54,245 bases of DNA from positions 1 through 54,245 of IMG/VR virus record IMGVR_UViG_3300002852_000041; one strand, given 5' to 3'. Numbering within the stretch: the stretch's first letter is position 1; every line of letters begins with the position of its first letter. The DNA is from a virus. Taxonomy: Duplodnaviria > Caudoviricetes. Below are positions 7,553 through 17,500 of this stretch, piece by piece. Made by a program: the position numbers and the translations under genes. The notes under the pieces are model-generated. The model did not search any database and had not been told where the DNA came from. It saw only the letters and a program-made list of their open reading frames with translations.

Positions 7553-7589
7553 ATTATAACATAAACTGTTTACGGCGTAAACAGTTTAT
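7553..7589 (-). promoter_or_regulatory. SigmaA promoter overlapped by a perfect palindromic operator
   Basis: TTTACG-17-TATAAT with extended -10 TG; ATAAACTGTTTACG-G-CGTAAACAGTTTAT at 7561-7589. Confidence 0.75.
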
Positions 7590-7642
7590 TAAAGATTTTT
7601 ACTACTATTTTTAAATAAAAAACCCTCCGTTTAGGAGGGTTA

Positions 7643-7670
7643 AGAGGATTATGTCTATTGGTGGAGAATA
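7643..7670 (+). promoter_or_regulatory. Putative sigmaH promoter
   Basis: AGAGGATTA-11-GGAGAATA fits RNAGGAWWW-N11-12-RNNGAAT. Confidence 0.5.
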
Positions 7671-7727
7671 GTTATGCCAATATGTCCCATTATTGATTTT
7701 GAATGGTTTTAGAGGGGGAAGGTAAAA

Positions 7728-8012
7728 TTGACGGTACAGATCGGTAGAAATGACCCCTGCCATTGTGGAAGTGGTAAGAAATACAAAAAGTGTTGCTTAG
7801 AGAATGACGCAAACAAATCTACGTCAGATATCTATCCTGGTGATAATATCTGTGCTGTTTGTGGCAAACCCGTAAATATCGCTGAGAGCTTTGATTCACC
7901 TGACGCTGTAAAAGCAGATGGCCTGATTATTACTTCTGATGACGGGAAACGGCATTTCGTTCATTTAGAGAATTGTTTAGCTATTATGGAAAAAAGACTT
8001 GCTGAGAAATAA
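7728..8012 (+). CDS. SEC-C motif protein
   Basis: [19 protein letters not shown] plus a second CAVC...H..C cluster. Confidence 0.85.
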   Translation: MTVQIGRNDPCHCGSGKKYKKCCLENDANKSTSDIYPGDNICAVCGKPVNIAESFDSPDAVKADGLIITSDDGKRHFVHLENCLAIMEKRLAEK

Positions 8013-8034
8013 AAAAAACCCCCATGACAGGGGG
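8011..8034 (-). terminator. Terminator at the end of the late/lysis operon
   Basis: Minus strand CCCCC-TGTCAT-GGGGG followed by T8. Confidence 0.7.
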
Positions 8035-8155
8035 CTCATTTCGTCATATATTCACTGGTCTCCAGACATACACACTTAAGATATTGATTTCTCAGGCGCT
8101 CCTCCTTCGCGCTCTCGGCCAGATTAATTAACTCCCGAAGATGGGAATAGTACCC

Positions 8156-8521
8156 TCACCCGCCCGCAGTCTTTACCTTGCCCCACTCCTCACCGAAAGA
8201 GTCTTTAGCATCCCTCAGCGCCGCCTCAATAAGCCCTTTAATCTCCTCCGGTGTAATGCTTACCCCCATCTGCTTTGCCCGGGCAGACATCCATTCTGTG
8301 GCTTCCTGCAGCTTGGCGGGGCCATGGACGTCTTTATAGACCTGTTCTACAAAGCGCACGGCCAGGGATGCCAGTTCCTTCTTTGTCTCCAGTTCCCGGG
8401 CCAGCTTGGCCACCTTCTCTGTGCCGAGCTTCCGCCTGACAAACTCTATTGCCAGGGCCACCAGTGCCGGAACTAGAACCGCAAGCGCATCCATGCCGAT
8501 TTGTACCAATTGACTCCCCAT
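8156..8521 (-). CDS. Holin, LL-H family
   Basis: One N-terminal TM; AVRFVEQVY...G.AKLQEA...IKGLIEAAL. Confidence 0.85.
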   Translation of the reverse strand: MGSQLVQIGMDALAVLVPALVALAIEFVRRKLGTEKVAKLARELETKKELASLAVRFVEQVYKDVHGPAKLQEATEWMSARAKQMGVSITPEEIKGLIEAALRDAKDSFGEEWGKVKTAGG

Positions 8522-8575
8522 GTAGACCTCCTTTTATTCGGGACGTAATACGTCCTCGTTTTCCCTGCATGGCCA

Positions 8576-9301
8576 TCATCTCCAGAAGCAAAAATACTGC
8601 AGGGCCTCACGCTTGAACAAGTCAATGGCGGCCTTGCTCCGCTGTTTCAATGCCGGATCATGGCACAGGATCAGGTTGCCGTCCACCTTCCAGGGCAGGA
8701 TATAGTGGCCACCCCGGGTAAAGTATCCCGGCCCCATGCTGGCCACCACCAGGGCGCCAGATTTAAGCGCCTCCACGGCATCAGCTACAAGGCTTGTCTG
8801 CTTAAACTTCAACCCAAATTTAGAGGCAATCCACCCGAAATACGCCCAGGCTGTCCCGCTATTTGCCGTCCTAAAACCTCCGTCAACAGCTAACTGGCAG
8901 GTCTGCACCGGAGTTATACCCCTATTGCGCCAGGTGGCCAGCACCATGGCCATACATGTGGGACCGCAGCCGGAGGAGCCTATTGTCTGCTGCTTGTTGC
9001 CTACCGACGTAAAAGGCACCCCGCGCCATCGGGGGTCTACCTGGGAATAATAGACCGGCTCCCCAGCCTCGTTTTGTTTGGCCTTCTCGCTGGTGAGGAC
9101 CCCCCAGGTCTGTGGACCCGCAACCCCATCCGCCACTATTCCGTGTGCTGCCTGAAACTGTCTGACTGCCTTGTCTGTTGCGGGTCCGAAACTGCCGTCT
9201 ACCCTGCCGCAATTAAAGCCCAGCTCATTCAACATTCCCTGGAGCATTGCAACAGCCTGGCCCTTACTGCCCCGCCTGACCGTTTGCATTTTTATCAGCA
9301 T
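8576..9301 (-). CDS. Endolysin: peptidoglycan-binding domain + C39-like cysteine peptidase
   Basis: GSKG..V..LQ..L..LGF.CG.VDG.FG..T..AV..FQ; YYSQ.DPRW, SGCGPT, GHYI, HDP. Confidence 0.88.
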   Translation of the reverse strand: MLIKMQTVRRGSKGQAVAMLQGMLNELGFNCGRVDGSFGPATDKAVRQFQAAHGIVADGVAGPQTWGVLTSEKAKQNEAGEPVYYSQVDPRWRGVPFTSVGNKQQTIGSSGCGPTCMAMVLATWRNRGITPVQTCQLAVDGGFRTANSGTAWAYFGWIASKFGLKFKQTSLVADAVEALKSGALVVASMGPGYFTRGGHYILPWKVDGNLILCHDPALKQRSKAAIDLFKREALQYFCFWR

Positions 9302-9740
9302 CCTTTCTTATAATCCTCGTAACCGAGGAATACACCCCGCTTACAGACATCGGGATAAGATTCATAAGGTCGAACTTGTCTTTCAAGGCCGCCGTGCCCC
9401 CGCTAATTGTGAGGGAAGTCAGCAGGTAGCCCTTCCACGTTTGATCAAAGTTAAAATTGAGATAGGCAAAGAAGTCAAAATCCCCCTGCCAACAAATTAG
9501 GTACCCGATCCCCACCACAATAACAAAAGCCGCCTCGTCAGCTATGCTGTTAGGTAACCACCTGAAACGGTCCAGAATCTTTTGTATAGGGCACTGAAAC
9601 ACCTTAAACAGGGCATCCACCAGGGGGGCCATAAATACCAGGGCAATCATGCCAACTATTAGCGGCACGAAAGGACTATCAAAAAAGCCCATGCTGTAAC
9701 CGCCAATGCCTCCATAGTTTAAATATTGGTCCTCATTCAT
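9264..9740 (-). CDS. Multi-TM membrane protein, holin-like
   Basis: Three hydrophobic segments; GYLLTSLTISGGT motif; lies in the lysis cassette. Confidence 0.6.
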   Translation of the reverse strand: MNEDQYLNYGGIGGYSMGFFDSPFVPLIVGMIALVFMAPLVDALFKVFQCPIQKILDRFRWLPNSIADEAAFVIVVGIGYLICWQGDFDFFAYLNFNFDQTWKGYLLTSLTISGGTAALKDKFDLMNLIPMSVSGVYSSVTRIIRKDADKNANGQAGQ

Positions 9741-9744
9741 GGCC

Positions 9745-9978
9745 TCACCCCTTCACCAGCATAAACACAATGCCTAAAAGATTAAGGGCCACCATCCCGG
9801 TTGCCCCCATGAGTATATATTTGAGTCTGTTTACATCCTGCCGGGTCTCTTTAATGCTCCCATTCTGCGCGGCCTGCCATGCCTTCAAATTCTTCACCTC
9901 CGCTTTAACGGTTGCCAAATCCCTGACTATTTCCTCCGACTCCAACACCCCACCCCCTGGTATTAATTGGTTTGCCAC
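9745..9978 (-). CDS. Small coiled-coil + C-terminal TM protein (XhlA/BhlA-like)
   Basis: Coiled coil, QNGS, C-terminal hydrophobic helix; first gene of the lysis cassette. Confidence 0.6.
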   Translation of the reverse strand: MANQLIPGGGVLESEEIVRDLATVKAEVKNLKAWQAAQNGSIKETRQDVNRLKYILMGATGMVALNLLGIVFMLVKG

Positions 9979-10063
9979 CCCCTAATGGCAATGATAAACT
10001 GGTCTTGCAGGCACCGGGGCGCAATCCCGGGACCGCTTTACCCCCTGGTAGGCGGTCAGCCTG

Positions 10064-10759
10064 CTATAATTTTTGGATAAAGCACAACGCATAGTATGGT
10101 GGCCTGTTTTCGTGGGTTGCCCCGCCGCCAGTGTTCGTAGCTGATGCGGTGTGCGAGTGGCTGCCATCACTGGTGGTGGATCGACTATCCCAGGTTTGTC
10201 CGCCGTAGGTTCCGGTACCTGCTTGAGCATCGCCGGATGCTTTGCCGTCAATATACGTATGACTGTGACTGCCGTCAGAGCCTACAGTTATGGCATGTCC
10301 ATGATACGGCATTTCGTTGATGGTTAGAGCGTGGGTTTTCTCGCCGCCTGTATCTCCCACCGCATACTCTCCGTCAGTACCCGCCCCCACCACAAACCTG
10401 TTACGCAGGTCCGGAGTCCCGTTTTGACCATTACACAGCGCCCACCCTGTCGGTATAGATACCTCGGTCCCCGACCACATGAGGATCACCCCGGAGGGTA
10501 TAGCCGTGGGTGCAGGCTCCGCCACCACCTTGCCGATAATTACCCAGCTATGGCCGCACTGCTGCAGCACCACCCTGTCCCCCGCCGCTGGAACGTAACC
10601 TCCAATAAGTGGATAAGTCTTAGTTGTTGCAACTCCCTCGCCGTCAAAGATGACTGTTGCCGCCCCAGATACATAATCATCAGGGATTTTACCCAGCCTG
10701 GTGACGGCACTTTGCTGTCCGCCTGACAAGGTATTGATAAGCTCTTCCGGAGTAATCAT
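10064..10759 (-). CDS. Tail fibre/tip protein with collar-like domain
   Basis: IPSGVILMWSG..IPTGWALCNG.NGTPDLRNRFVVGAG; HSH repeats; HENRPPYYALCFI. Confidence 0.85.
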   Translation of the reverse strand: MITPEELINTLSGGQQSAVTRLGKIPDDYVSGAATVIFDGEGVATTKTYPLIGGYVPAAGDRVVLQQCGHSWVIIGKVVAEPAPTAIPSGVILMWSGTEVSIPTGWALCNGQNGTPDLRNRFVVGAGTDGEYAVGDTGGEKTHALTINEMPYHGHAITVGSDGSHSHTYIDGKASGDAQAGTGTYGGQTWDSRSTTSDGSHSHTASATNTGGGATHENRPPYYALCFIQKL

Positions 10760-11865
10760 ATGGACACCACCCGCCTGATATTGTGTTTATGCCTCGCCCC
10801 CGGCCTCATTTCAAATTCCCAGGAAGTTTCTGAGTATTTTGCCGATATTCCCAGCCCCGAAAATACCAGCGTGAACACATCCGTATGAGAATGAAACGGC
10901 ATTAACCCAGTTTCAAGGGTGACATGCTCATAGACTTGGCTTGCCTCAAAGGCTATCCGCTGCGCCCTGGCGTCCAGGGTGGCCTGGTCAACTGCCTCCT
11001 GATACTCCCGATAGTCTGTAATTGTGCGCCCCCGACTAACCGTGCTGGTGGGGCTGCTGGTATTGCTGTTAGTGTAGGTACTGACCATGGGCTCCCGCTC
11101 CAGCTCCGACACCACGAGTACCCACTTATTAGGCACTGCCCATAAATCGAGGCTTTGCTCCACCTCGGGAAATATAACGCTCTCGTCATCGTCTCTATAT
11201 GTGTACTCTGATGCCCGGATTGATGGCGAGACATAAGGCTGGGCAATGGCATACCCGTTTTCGTCAAACCACAAGGAGCCGTAATTAATAGCCCCCAGGA
11301 GGTCGTTAATTATTTGCAGCTTGGCTGTTCCTGGTGCCCAATCTCTGGCGGCCGGCAATGTCTTACTGGTTAAAGTCAGGTTTTGGTGGATGATTCCGGC
11401 ACCTGTTAAAACGGTCTTAACCGCCGTGATGTAATTGGTCCCGGCTGCCACCGTATAGCGGGTGTCCAGCTTGTCGTCAATCAGCACTTGTAACTGGTCG
11501 TAAGCCTCTACCTCCCGCCGAATCACCCCCGCGCTGTCCGTTTTTTTCGTGGGGCTGGTCAGCAGGAAAACCCCCTGCGGCCACTCTATCCAGTTTCCGT
11601 CGGACATCTTGAGGCGCACATAGGGCTTTATCCGGTCGGTCAGAAAATTGATGTCAACGTCCTGCTCCATTTCAAACTTGGCCGTCCGCTTTATGTCGGC
11701 CAGCGCAGTGTAATAAACGGAAGCGCCCAGGATATTACCCAGACGCTTCTTTAACTTATTGGTATTGTCTAAAAGCTCATACCGGAATGCAAAGGTGGCG
11801 TTTGGTCCGTGCAGCATGGCGCGGACCTGGGCCGCCATGTATCCTCCCTGGGCTATGGCCTGCAT
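10756..11865 (-). CDS. Baseplate hub/minor tail protein
   Basis: Position after the large tail protein; GVFLLTSP, AYDQL..L.DDK, LWFDENG. Confidence 0.7.
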   Translation of the reverse strand: MQAIAQGGYMAAQVRAMLHGPNATFAFRYELLDNTNKLKKRLGNILGASVYYTALADIKRTAKFEMEQDVDINFLTDRIKPYVRLKMSDGNWIEWPQGVFLLTSPTKKTDSAGVIRREVEAYDQLQVLIDDKLDTRYTVAAGTNYITAVKTVLTGAGIIHQNLTLTSKTLPAARDWAPGTAKLQIINDLLGAINYGSLWFDENGYAIAQPYVSPSIRASEYTYRDDDESVIFPEVEQSLDLWAVPNKWVLVVSELEREPMVSTYTNSNTSSPTSTVSRGRTITDYREYQEAVDQATLDARAQRIAFEASQVYEHVTLETGLMPFHSHTDVFTLVFSGLGISAKYSETSWEFEMRPGARHKHNIRRVVSI

Positions 11866-14562
11866 TTACACCACCTCACTATAGTCGATTTCCATGACTG
11901 TGATGGCCACCGTTTTAGCCCCATAAATCTCATCCTTTACTGGCAAAGAGGAGATAATGCCAAATACTTTCCGGCTGGCGCCATCTCTGTAACATATTGT
12001 CCCCTTTAACTTGACCAGGGCATCCAGGGCCTCATAATCCCCGGACCCGTTGACACATAGCAGAGTGGCGCTGGGGTTTTCAGTTTCCGCTTCGCCCCAC
12101 CGGACGACCGGCCTTGCCCTCCCCGCAAACTGCAAAAACTCTGCCTCCGCCTGCCATCCATGGCCCCGTTCCTGACCGTCACGCTGATAATTATGCGCCG
12201 TCCCTGCCGGGCTGGCTACATCGTGGAGCCATATGCCGATCAGGGTTATGGACTCGCTCACCATGCCGCTGGTGCTGGATGTACCGTTGTCTGCATAGCT
12301 AACCACCCGGTAATCATAGGTAACGCCCGACTCCACTGTGTAGTCATCATATGTCCCATCATTGGCAAGGCCTATGACTATCCGGGTCCAGGTGCTTTCA
12401 CTGTGTTTTTTACGGTACAGGTCGTTACTGGTGACCGTTGGCTCTGTCCCTTGTGGCGCCGGGTTGTTAATTGCTATATTAATGTATCCGGCTTGGTCTG
12501 TCATGGTCAAAATAGCCAGTGCCGGGGGTGTATAACTTACAGTAACTGCCTTTGTTGCCCAGTCACCCCAAAGGGTAGTGCTGTCCTGATATTTGACTTT
12601 GAGGATGTAACTTGCCCCGTTAACCAGGTCAATGCCGCAGGTAACAGCCATATTTATGCTTACGACTGGTCCGGTATCCCACACCACATTGCTAAGGCTG
12701 TCCAGTACTTGCACCTGATAGGCCGTTTGGTCTATACTGGTCCATGAAATAACCGGCCTTGCCACGGGTACGGGGTCGGGGGGCGCGTCAATAGTCAGTG
12801 TGGATGGTGCATCCGCTGCAGTAAATACAGCCTGCTGGGACCATGGGGAGACAAGGCCACCCTTGTCATAGCACCTAACTTTCCAAGTAATATCACCCGC
12901 TGGGAATGTCCCTGAATTAATGTCTCTGTACTCATTGGCACTGACTGCGCCGTTTATCTCGTTCCACGTGGTCCCGGCGTCACTGCTCCAGTGCAGGTCA
13001 TATTTTGTTTGGTAATCGCCACTGTTCGGGTCGTTAAACTGCCAGGAAAGCCGATGGATAGTTGTCCGATCAATCATATCACTGGCGGGGTCTAAGTTGG
13101 TAGGGGCCTCCGGGGCTACGTTGTGCGTGACCGTGAAAACCCCGTCTGACTGGTCATATGCGCCATACCTGACACCGTCATAGGCCCGGATGCGGATCAG
13201 GCACTGGCTACCTTCCGTCACGCCGGAAAAGTCATGCTCGTATGATGTTGCCCCGGCTGTGGTCAGGGCCACAATATCAGTCCAGTTAGATCCATTATCC
13301 GGTGAATACTGAATGTGGTACTGTATAAGGTTCTGGGCTACCTCAGTTGATGTTGACGGGTTCCATGTAATTAAAAAGGTCGGGTCAATGTCTGTCTGAA
13401 TCGACTCCCCGCCGTTGGGATCTGTGAGTACCGGAACCGTAGGCGGGGTTGAATAAATCACAGATAAATAGGGCTTGTTTGAAGCGTCCTCTGAGTCGTT
13501 AAAAACAGCCGATTGAGATCCGACACAACCGTCACAAACAAGTTTCCATCCGTAGTTGTTTATAGCACCGCTAACCATTCTCTGGACACTGCTGGCTAAA
13601 TCTAGATATTCCCATCCAGTTGAAGATTCTATGTATTCGGTGTCAAGCTTTGTGCTGTCGTGTGATGGCGGTGGATAACTGGTCTCGTCCCACGTTGATG
13701 TGATTTCATAGGCAGCGACATCAGGCCCAGCCCAAGAATTGTTTACATAGAGGTATAGCTTAGCACTTGATATATCGGCATCTAAAGGTATACTCGAAAG
13801 GTCCAACCGTATGCCTGACGTTTCAAATGAACCCGAAATCCCAAGGCTATCATACACAGTCTCAGCATATGTGTTCCATTTGGCATCAATAACCGCAGTG
13901 TTGCCAGGGTTCAGTGTGACGGTAGTAGGGTCAACCCTCACCGGATAAACCGCCTCATCTGCCAGCCACCTGACATCAGGGGTAAAAACTATAGCCTGCC
14001 CGTCATAATCAACGCTGACCTTACCCTGCTGCCCTGCCCGGTCCACCATGTAGGGGGCCGGGATTTTGCCAACCTCCTGGCCCTCGGCATAGAATACCGC
14101 CTCGTTGTTACCAATCCATACACTGCAGCCTGTCAACTCCACAGGAAAAGCAAAGCTCTCCGGGTGTCCCGGAGCTTTTAAAAGGATATCGCTCTTTATG
14201 CCCCGGTCAGTGTTGACATACTCCAGGTCAGTATTTTCCCACGCCTCGTTTATGGTGGCCCTGTTCGCGCTAATACCCGGCGCTCCCGGCAGGGTATAGT
14301 CAATATAAACCTGCTTTGCAAAGCCAAAACGGAGTCTGTTGTTATCGTAGAATCTCAGGTGGTGCTGTTGTTTTTTTGCCTTTTGCCCAAAGCCCGCTTC
14401 AAGCTCAAAAGCCGTGTCAACGGTCTGGAGTTCTCCGGTGTCCGGGTCCTCATAGTGCTGGTCGTGGATGGTAAGGACGGCCATAATCTTGCCGTTATCC
14501 AGCCGGTAGTGCTTTGCCTTTTTAGTCCGTAGACTCGTTAGTTCTTCAAGGATATTAGCCAA
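11866..14562 (-). CDS. Large tail protein with DNRLRE-like and Fn3/Ig repeats, Dit-like C-terminus
   Basis: RLDLSSIP.DADISSAKLYLY...AAYEITSTWDET; several W...Y...VR.YD Fn3-type units; follows the TMP. Confidence 0.7.
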   Translation of the reverse strand: MANILEELTSLRTKKAKHYRLDNGKIMAVLTIHDQHYEDPDTGELQTVDTAFELEAGFGQKAKKQQHHLRFYDNNRLRFGFAKQVYIDYTLPGAPGISANRATINEAWENTDLEYVNTDRGIKSDILLKAPGHPESFAFPVELTGCSVWIGNNEAVFYAEGQEVGKIPAPYMVDRAGQQGKVSVDYDGQAIVFTPDVRWLADEAVYPVRVDPTTVTLNPGNTAVIDAKWNTYAETVYDSLGISGSFETSGIRLDLSSIPLDADISSAKLYLYVNNSWAGPDVAAYEITSTWDETSYPPPSHDSTKLDTEYIESSTGWEYLDLASSVQRMVSGAINNYGWKLVCDGCVGSQSAVFNDSEDASNKPYLSVIYSTPPTVPVLTDPNGGESIQTDIDPTFLITWNPSTSTEVAQNLIQYHIQYSPDNGSNWTDIVALTTAGATSYEHDFSGVTEGSQCLIRIRAYDGVRYGAYDQSDGVFTVTHNVAPEAPTNLDPASDMIDRTTIHRLSWQFNDPNSGDYQTKYDLHWSSDAGTTWNEINGAVSANEYRDINSGTFPAGDITWKVRCYDKGGLVSPWSQQAVFTAADAPSTLTIDAPPDPVPVARPVISWTSIDQTAYQVQVLDSLSNVVWDTGPVVSINMAVTCGIDLVNGASYILKVKYQDSTTLWGDWATKAVTVSYTPPALAILTMTDQAGYINIAINNPAPQGTEPTVTSNDLYRKKHSESTWTRIVIGLANDGTYDDYTVESGVTYDYRVVSYADNGTSSTSGMVSESITLIGIWLHDVASPAGTAHNYQRDGQERGHGWQAEAEFLQFAGRARPVVRWGEAETENPSATLLCVNGSGDYEALDALVKLKGTICYRDGASRKVFGIISSLPVKDEIYGAKTVAITVMEIDYSEVV

Positions 14563-17500
14563 CCGATACCACCACCTTCCCCATGCCCCGGGCTGTCTGT
14601 TTTATCCGGGAGAAAAAGTCCACAACATCACGCATTTCCTTTATGTCCCTGGCCGGGATTTCAACTTTTTCAATGTAGTAGTTGTCACCGCCAAATCTTC
14701 CCGCTTTTGAGAGTACGGCTTCAAATGTATCCTCCATCATCTGAACGGGGGTTATGATCTCCGGTCGAGCCGCAGCCGTTTCAGCTACCTCAAAAAGCCC
14801 CAATGTCGGCTTTGTGTATACACCACCAGTTGCATGGCCATGAACCACGTCCTCCCAGTTATCCCAGCCACCGGCTTCGTCTACGCCTACTTGCCCGTCA
14901 CCATTGGCGTCCAGGTTGCCATTACCAGGCACAACTCCGCCAGGGGGTACTCCATCGGGCCAACCATCGTTATCATTGTCCGATAAATCCGGGCTGTGGC
15001 CTCCGCCACCACCATCGTAATCGCCGGGAACTATCCATCCTTCCGGGATGTCAGCAGGCCAATCGACATAGACGGGGATTACTACAGGATTTGCGGCTGC
15101 CTGTACCTTTAAGCCGTCAATCTCGGCCAAAACATCCGCACAGAGTTGGATGATTGTTTGCAGGACGGTTTGCATGGCTGAGGTAACTGTTCCGCCTCCA
15201 GCCTCGACACCACCAGCGAGACCTTCCGCAACTCCTTCGCCAAACCGATGCATAACCTGAGATGGGGAATGTATTTCAAGGGTATTCTGCACTGCCCCAA
15301 TTGCATTATTAGCAAGATTAGCCGCTGAACCACTGACCAGCCCAGCGCCTGCATCCATGCCCTCGGAAAAGCCCTCCGCTGTCTCATAACCCTTAACTAC
15401 AAATCCCGGCCTGGCATAGCCTAATTTAGCCATTACTGTGGTAAGCCAGGCATCAAAACTCCTGATATTATCATCAAAACCAGACTTTATTGCGTTGAAC
15501 ATAGACGAAAACATTGATTTAATTTCACCGGTTTCCCAGTCAACAGCATTGATATGTTCACTGGCTTGGGCCTGAGCCTCACCCACTACTTTTAAATGCA
15601 TGTCCTGGGCCGCTTTTACCGTGTTATCCTTGACCGTAATAGCGGCAGCTATGAGTTTTTGAGCCTCGTCAGCACTTATGGCTCCTCTTTCATCGCGCTG
15701 CCTGATAATCTCCGCTATCGTTCTGTTGGCCGTTTCCTCGGCGGCTCTTATGGTCTCGTCCTTTATTTTTATACTGTTTGCCACAACCGCAGCGGCTTCC
15801 TGAGCAGTTATTTCTTCATGCTGCTGGGCCATGCGCTCAAGAATGATCTTTGACTCTACTTCACCCTGAGACAGTGCCCGTATACCTTCATTGACCATGG
15901 CCTGCTGGATTGCCACAATATCATTCTTTTCCTGTTCGGTTAAGGCGCGTCTTTCGCTGGCCGCAGCTTCAAGGATTTGCTTTATAGCTGCTTCACTGTT
16001 CTGTGTGGCCGAGATTTTAGCCTGGCCGGTCTCCTGTATTTTAGCCAGTATCTCAGCTTCATTCTGCTGAGTGAGAGCCCCACTCTCGGCAAAAAACTGG
16101 CGCATGGAGGCCAGGGATTCCTGGTTTTGCTGCTGCATAGCCGCTACGACCTGGTCCTTCATGCCGGTAAAGTTCTTTACAATACCATCAGCAGCCTCTT
16201 TTGACACAGCTTGGCCTGACCAGTTAAGCTGATTCAGCGCAGTAGTAGCTTGAGTATTCAAATCGAGAAAGGCCGTAACAGCTTTCTGTGTTGCTTCGCT
16301 TACCTTGCCTCCAAACAGATCAACCTGGACCGCATCCTCCGATAGCTTATAGGCAATCAATCCCAATGCTGCAACAGCAATACCGACAGGTCCAGTAAGA
16401 GCAGAAAGGGCTGTTCCCAAAGCACCAAAAGATATTCCGGACGTAGCCGCAGCTGCCCCTGCAGTCGTGGCAGCCCCTACCGACAGACCGAGCGCTCCGG
16501 TTAATGTTGTAAAGCCAGCTGTAATGGTGGGCAAAGAACCTATCAAAAGTAGTATTGGACCACTTATTAATGCAAATCCAGCCGCTACTGCACTGGCAAC
16601 TGCAGCCGTTGTTTTCATCGACTCAGGTAATTGATTGAATCTGCTTATAACCTCAGATATGCCATCAGCAACTACCCTAATAGCCGGGGCCAATGCGGAC
16701 CCTATACTGATAGCCGCACCTTCCAGGGAGGACGAAAGCTGATCCATACTACCCTTGAGGTTATCCTGCATTATCTTTGCTGTTTCAGCTGCGGCCCCTC
16801 CGCTGTTTTTTAACTTGCTTGTATAGTTTTCAAAAGCGACAGCGCCCTGCTCAATTAGGACCATCATCCCACTAACCGCTTCAGTCCCAAATATGGTGGC
16901 CAGGGTCTGAGCTTTCTGTGCTTCGGTCATGCCGGAAAGCTTGGTTTCAAACTGCCCAATGATGTCGCCCATGGGCCTCATCTTGCCACCGCTGTCGGTA
17001 ATTGAAATACCAAGGCTATCAAGAGCCGCCGCCGCTTCTTTTGGCGGATCAATCAGGCGGAGCATAGCAGACCTTAGAGTGGTGCCGCTTTGCTCCCCCT
17101 TAATCCCCGCGTTACCCATTTCCACCATTGCGGCGCTGACTTCTTCCAGGGATATCCCCAAGGATGCGGCAACAGGGGCCGCGTATTTAAATCCATAGGC
17201 CATATCCTGTACGCCCAGGGCTGACATATTCGCAGCAGCAGCCAAGACATCGGCTACATGGCCGGCCTGGGATGCCTCAAGGCCGAAGGTGTTAAGGGCA
17301 CTCCCCATAGTCTCGGCAACGAGGGCCATGTCCTCTCCGGACGCAGCAGCCGCAGCCAGTACCCCCGGCATTGCGGCAACAATATCATTGGAATTCATAC
17401 CAGCAGCGGCTAATTCTTGCATGCCTCCTGCAGCTTGGGATGCCGAAAACTGTGTAGTACTGCCCAGTTCCAAGGCCTTCTGCCGAAGGGCATCAAACTC

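Noticed and set aside
8036-8158. In-frame open stretch of 39 codons after the holin TGA (readthrough or selenocysteine)
   Set aside because: No recognisable SECIS-like hairpin or readthrough context, and this length can occur by chance
10007-10064. Hammerhead or other self-cleaving ribozyme
   Set aside because: Three stems are present but the catalytic core nucleotides are missing; kept only as an unassigned structure
10064-14562. Diversity-generating retroelement or invertible tail-fibre switch
   Set aside because: No reverse transcriptase or invertase ORF, and I saw no TR/VR-like duplicated segment
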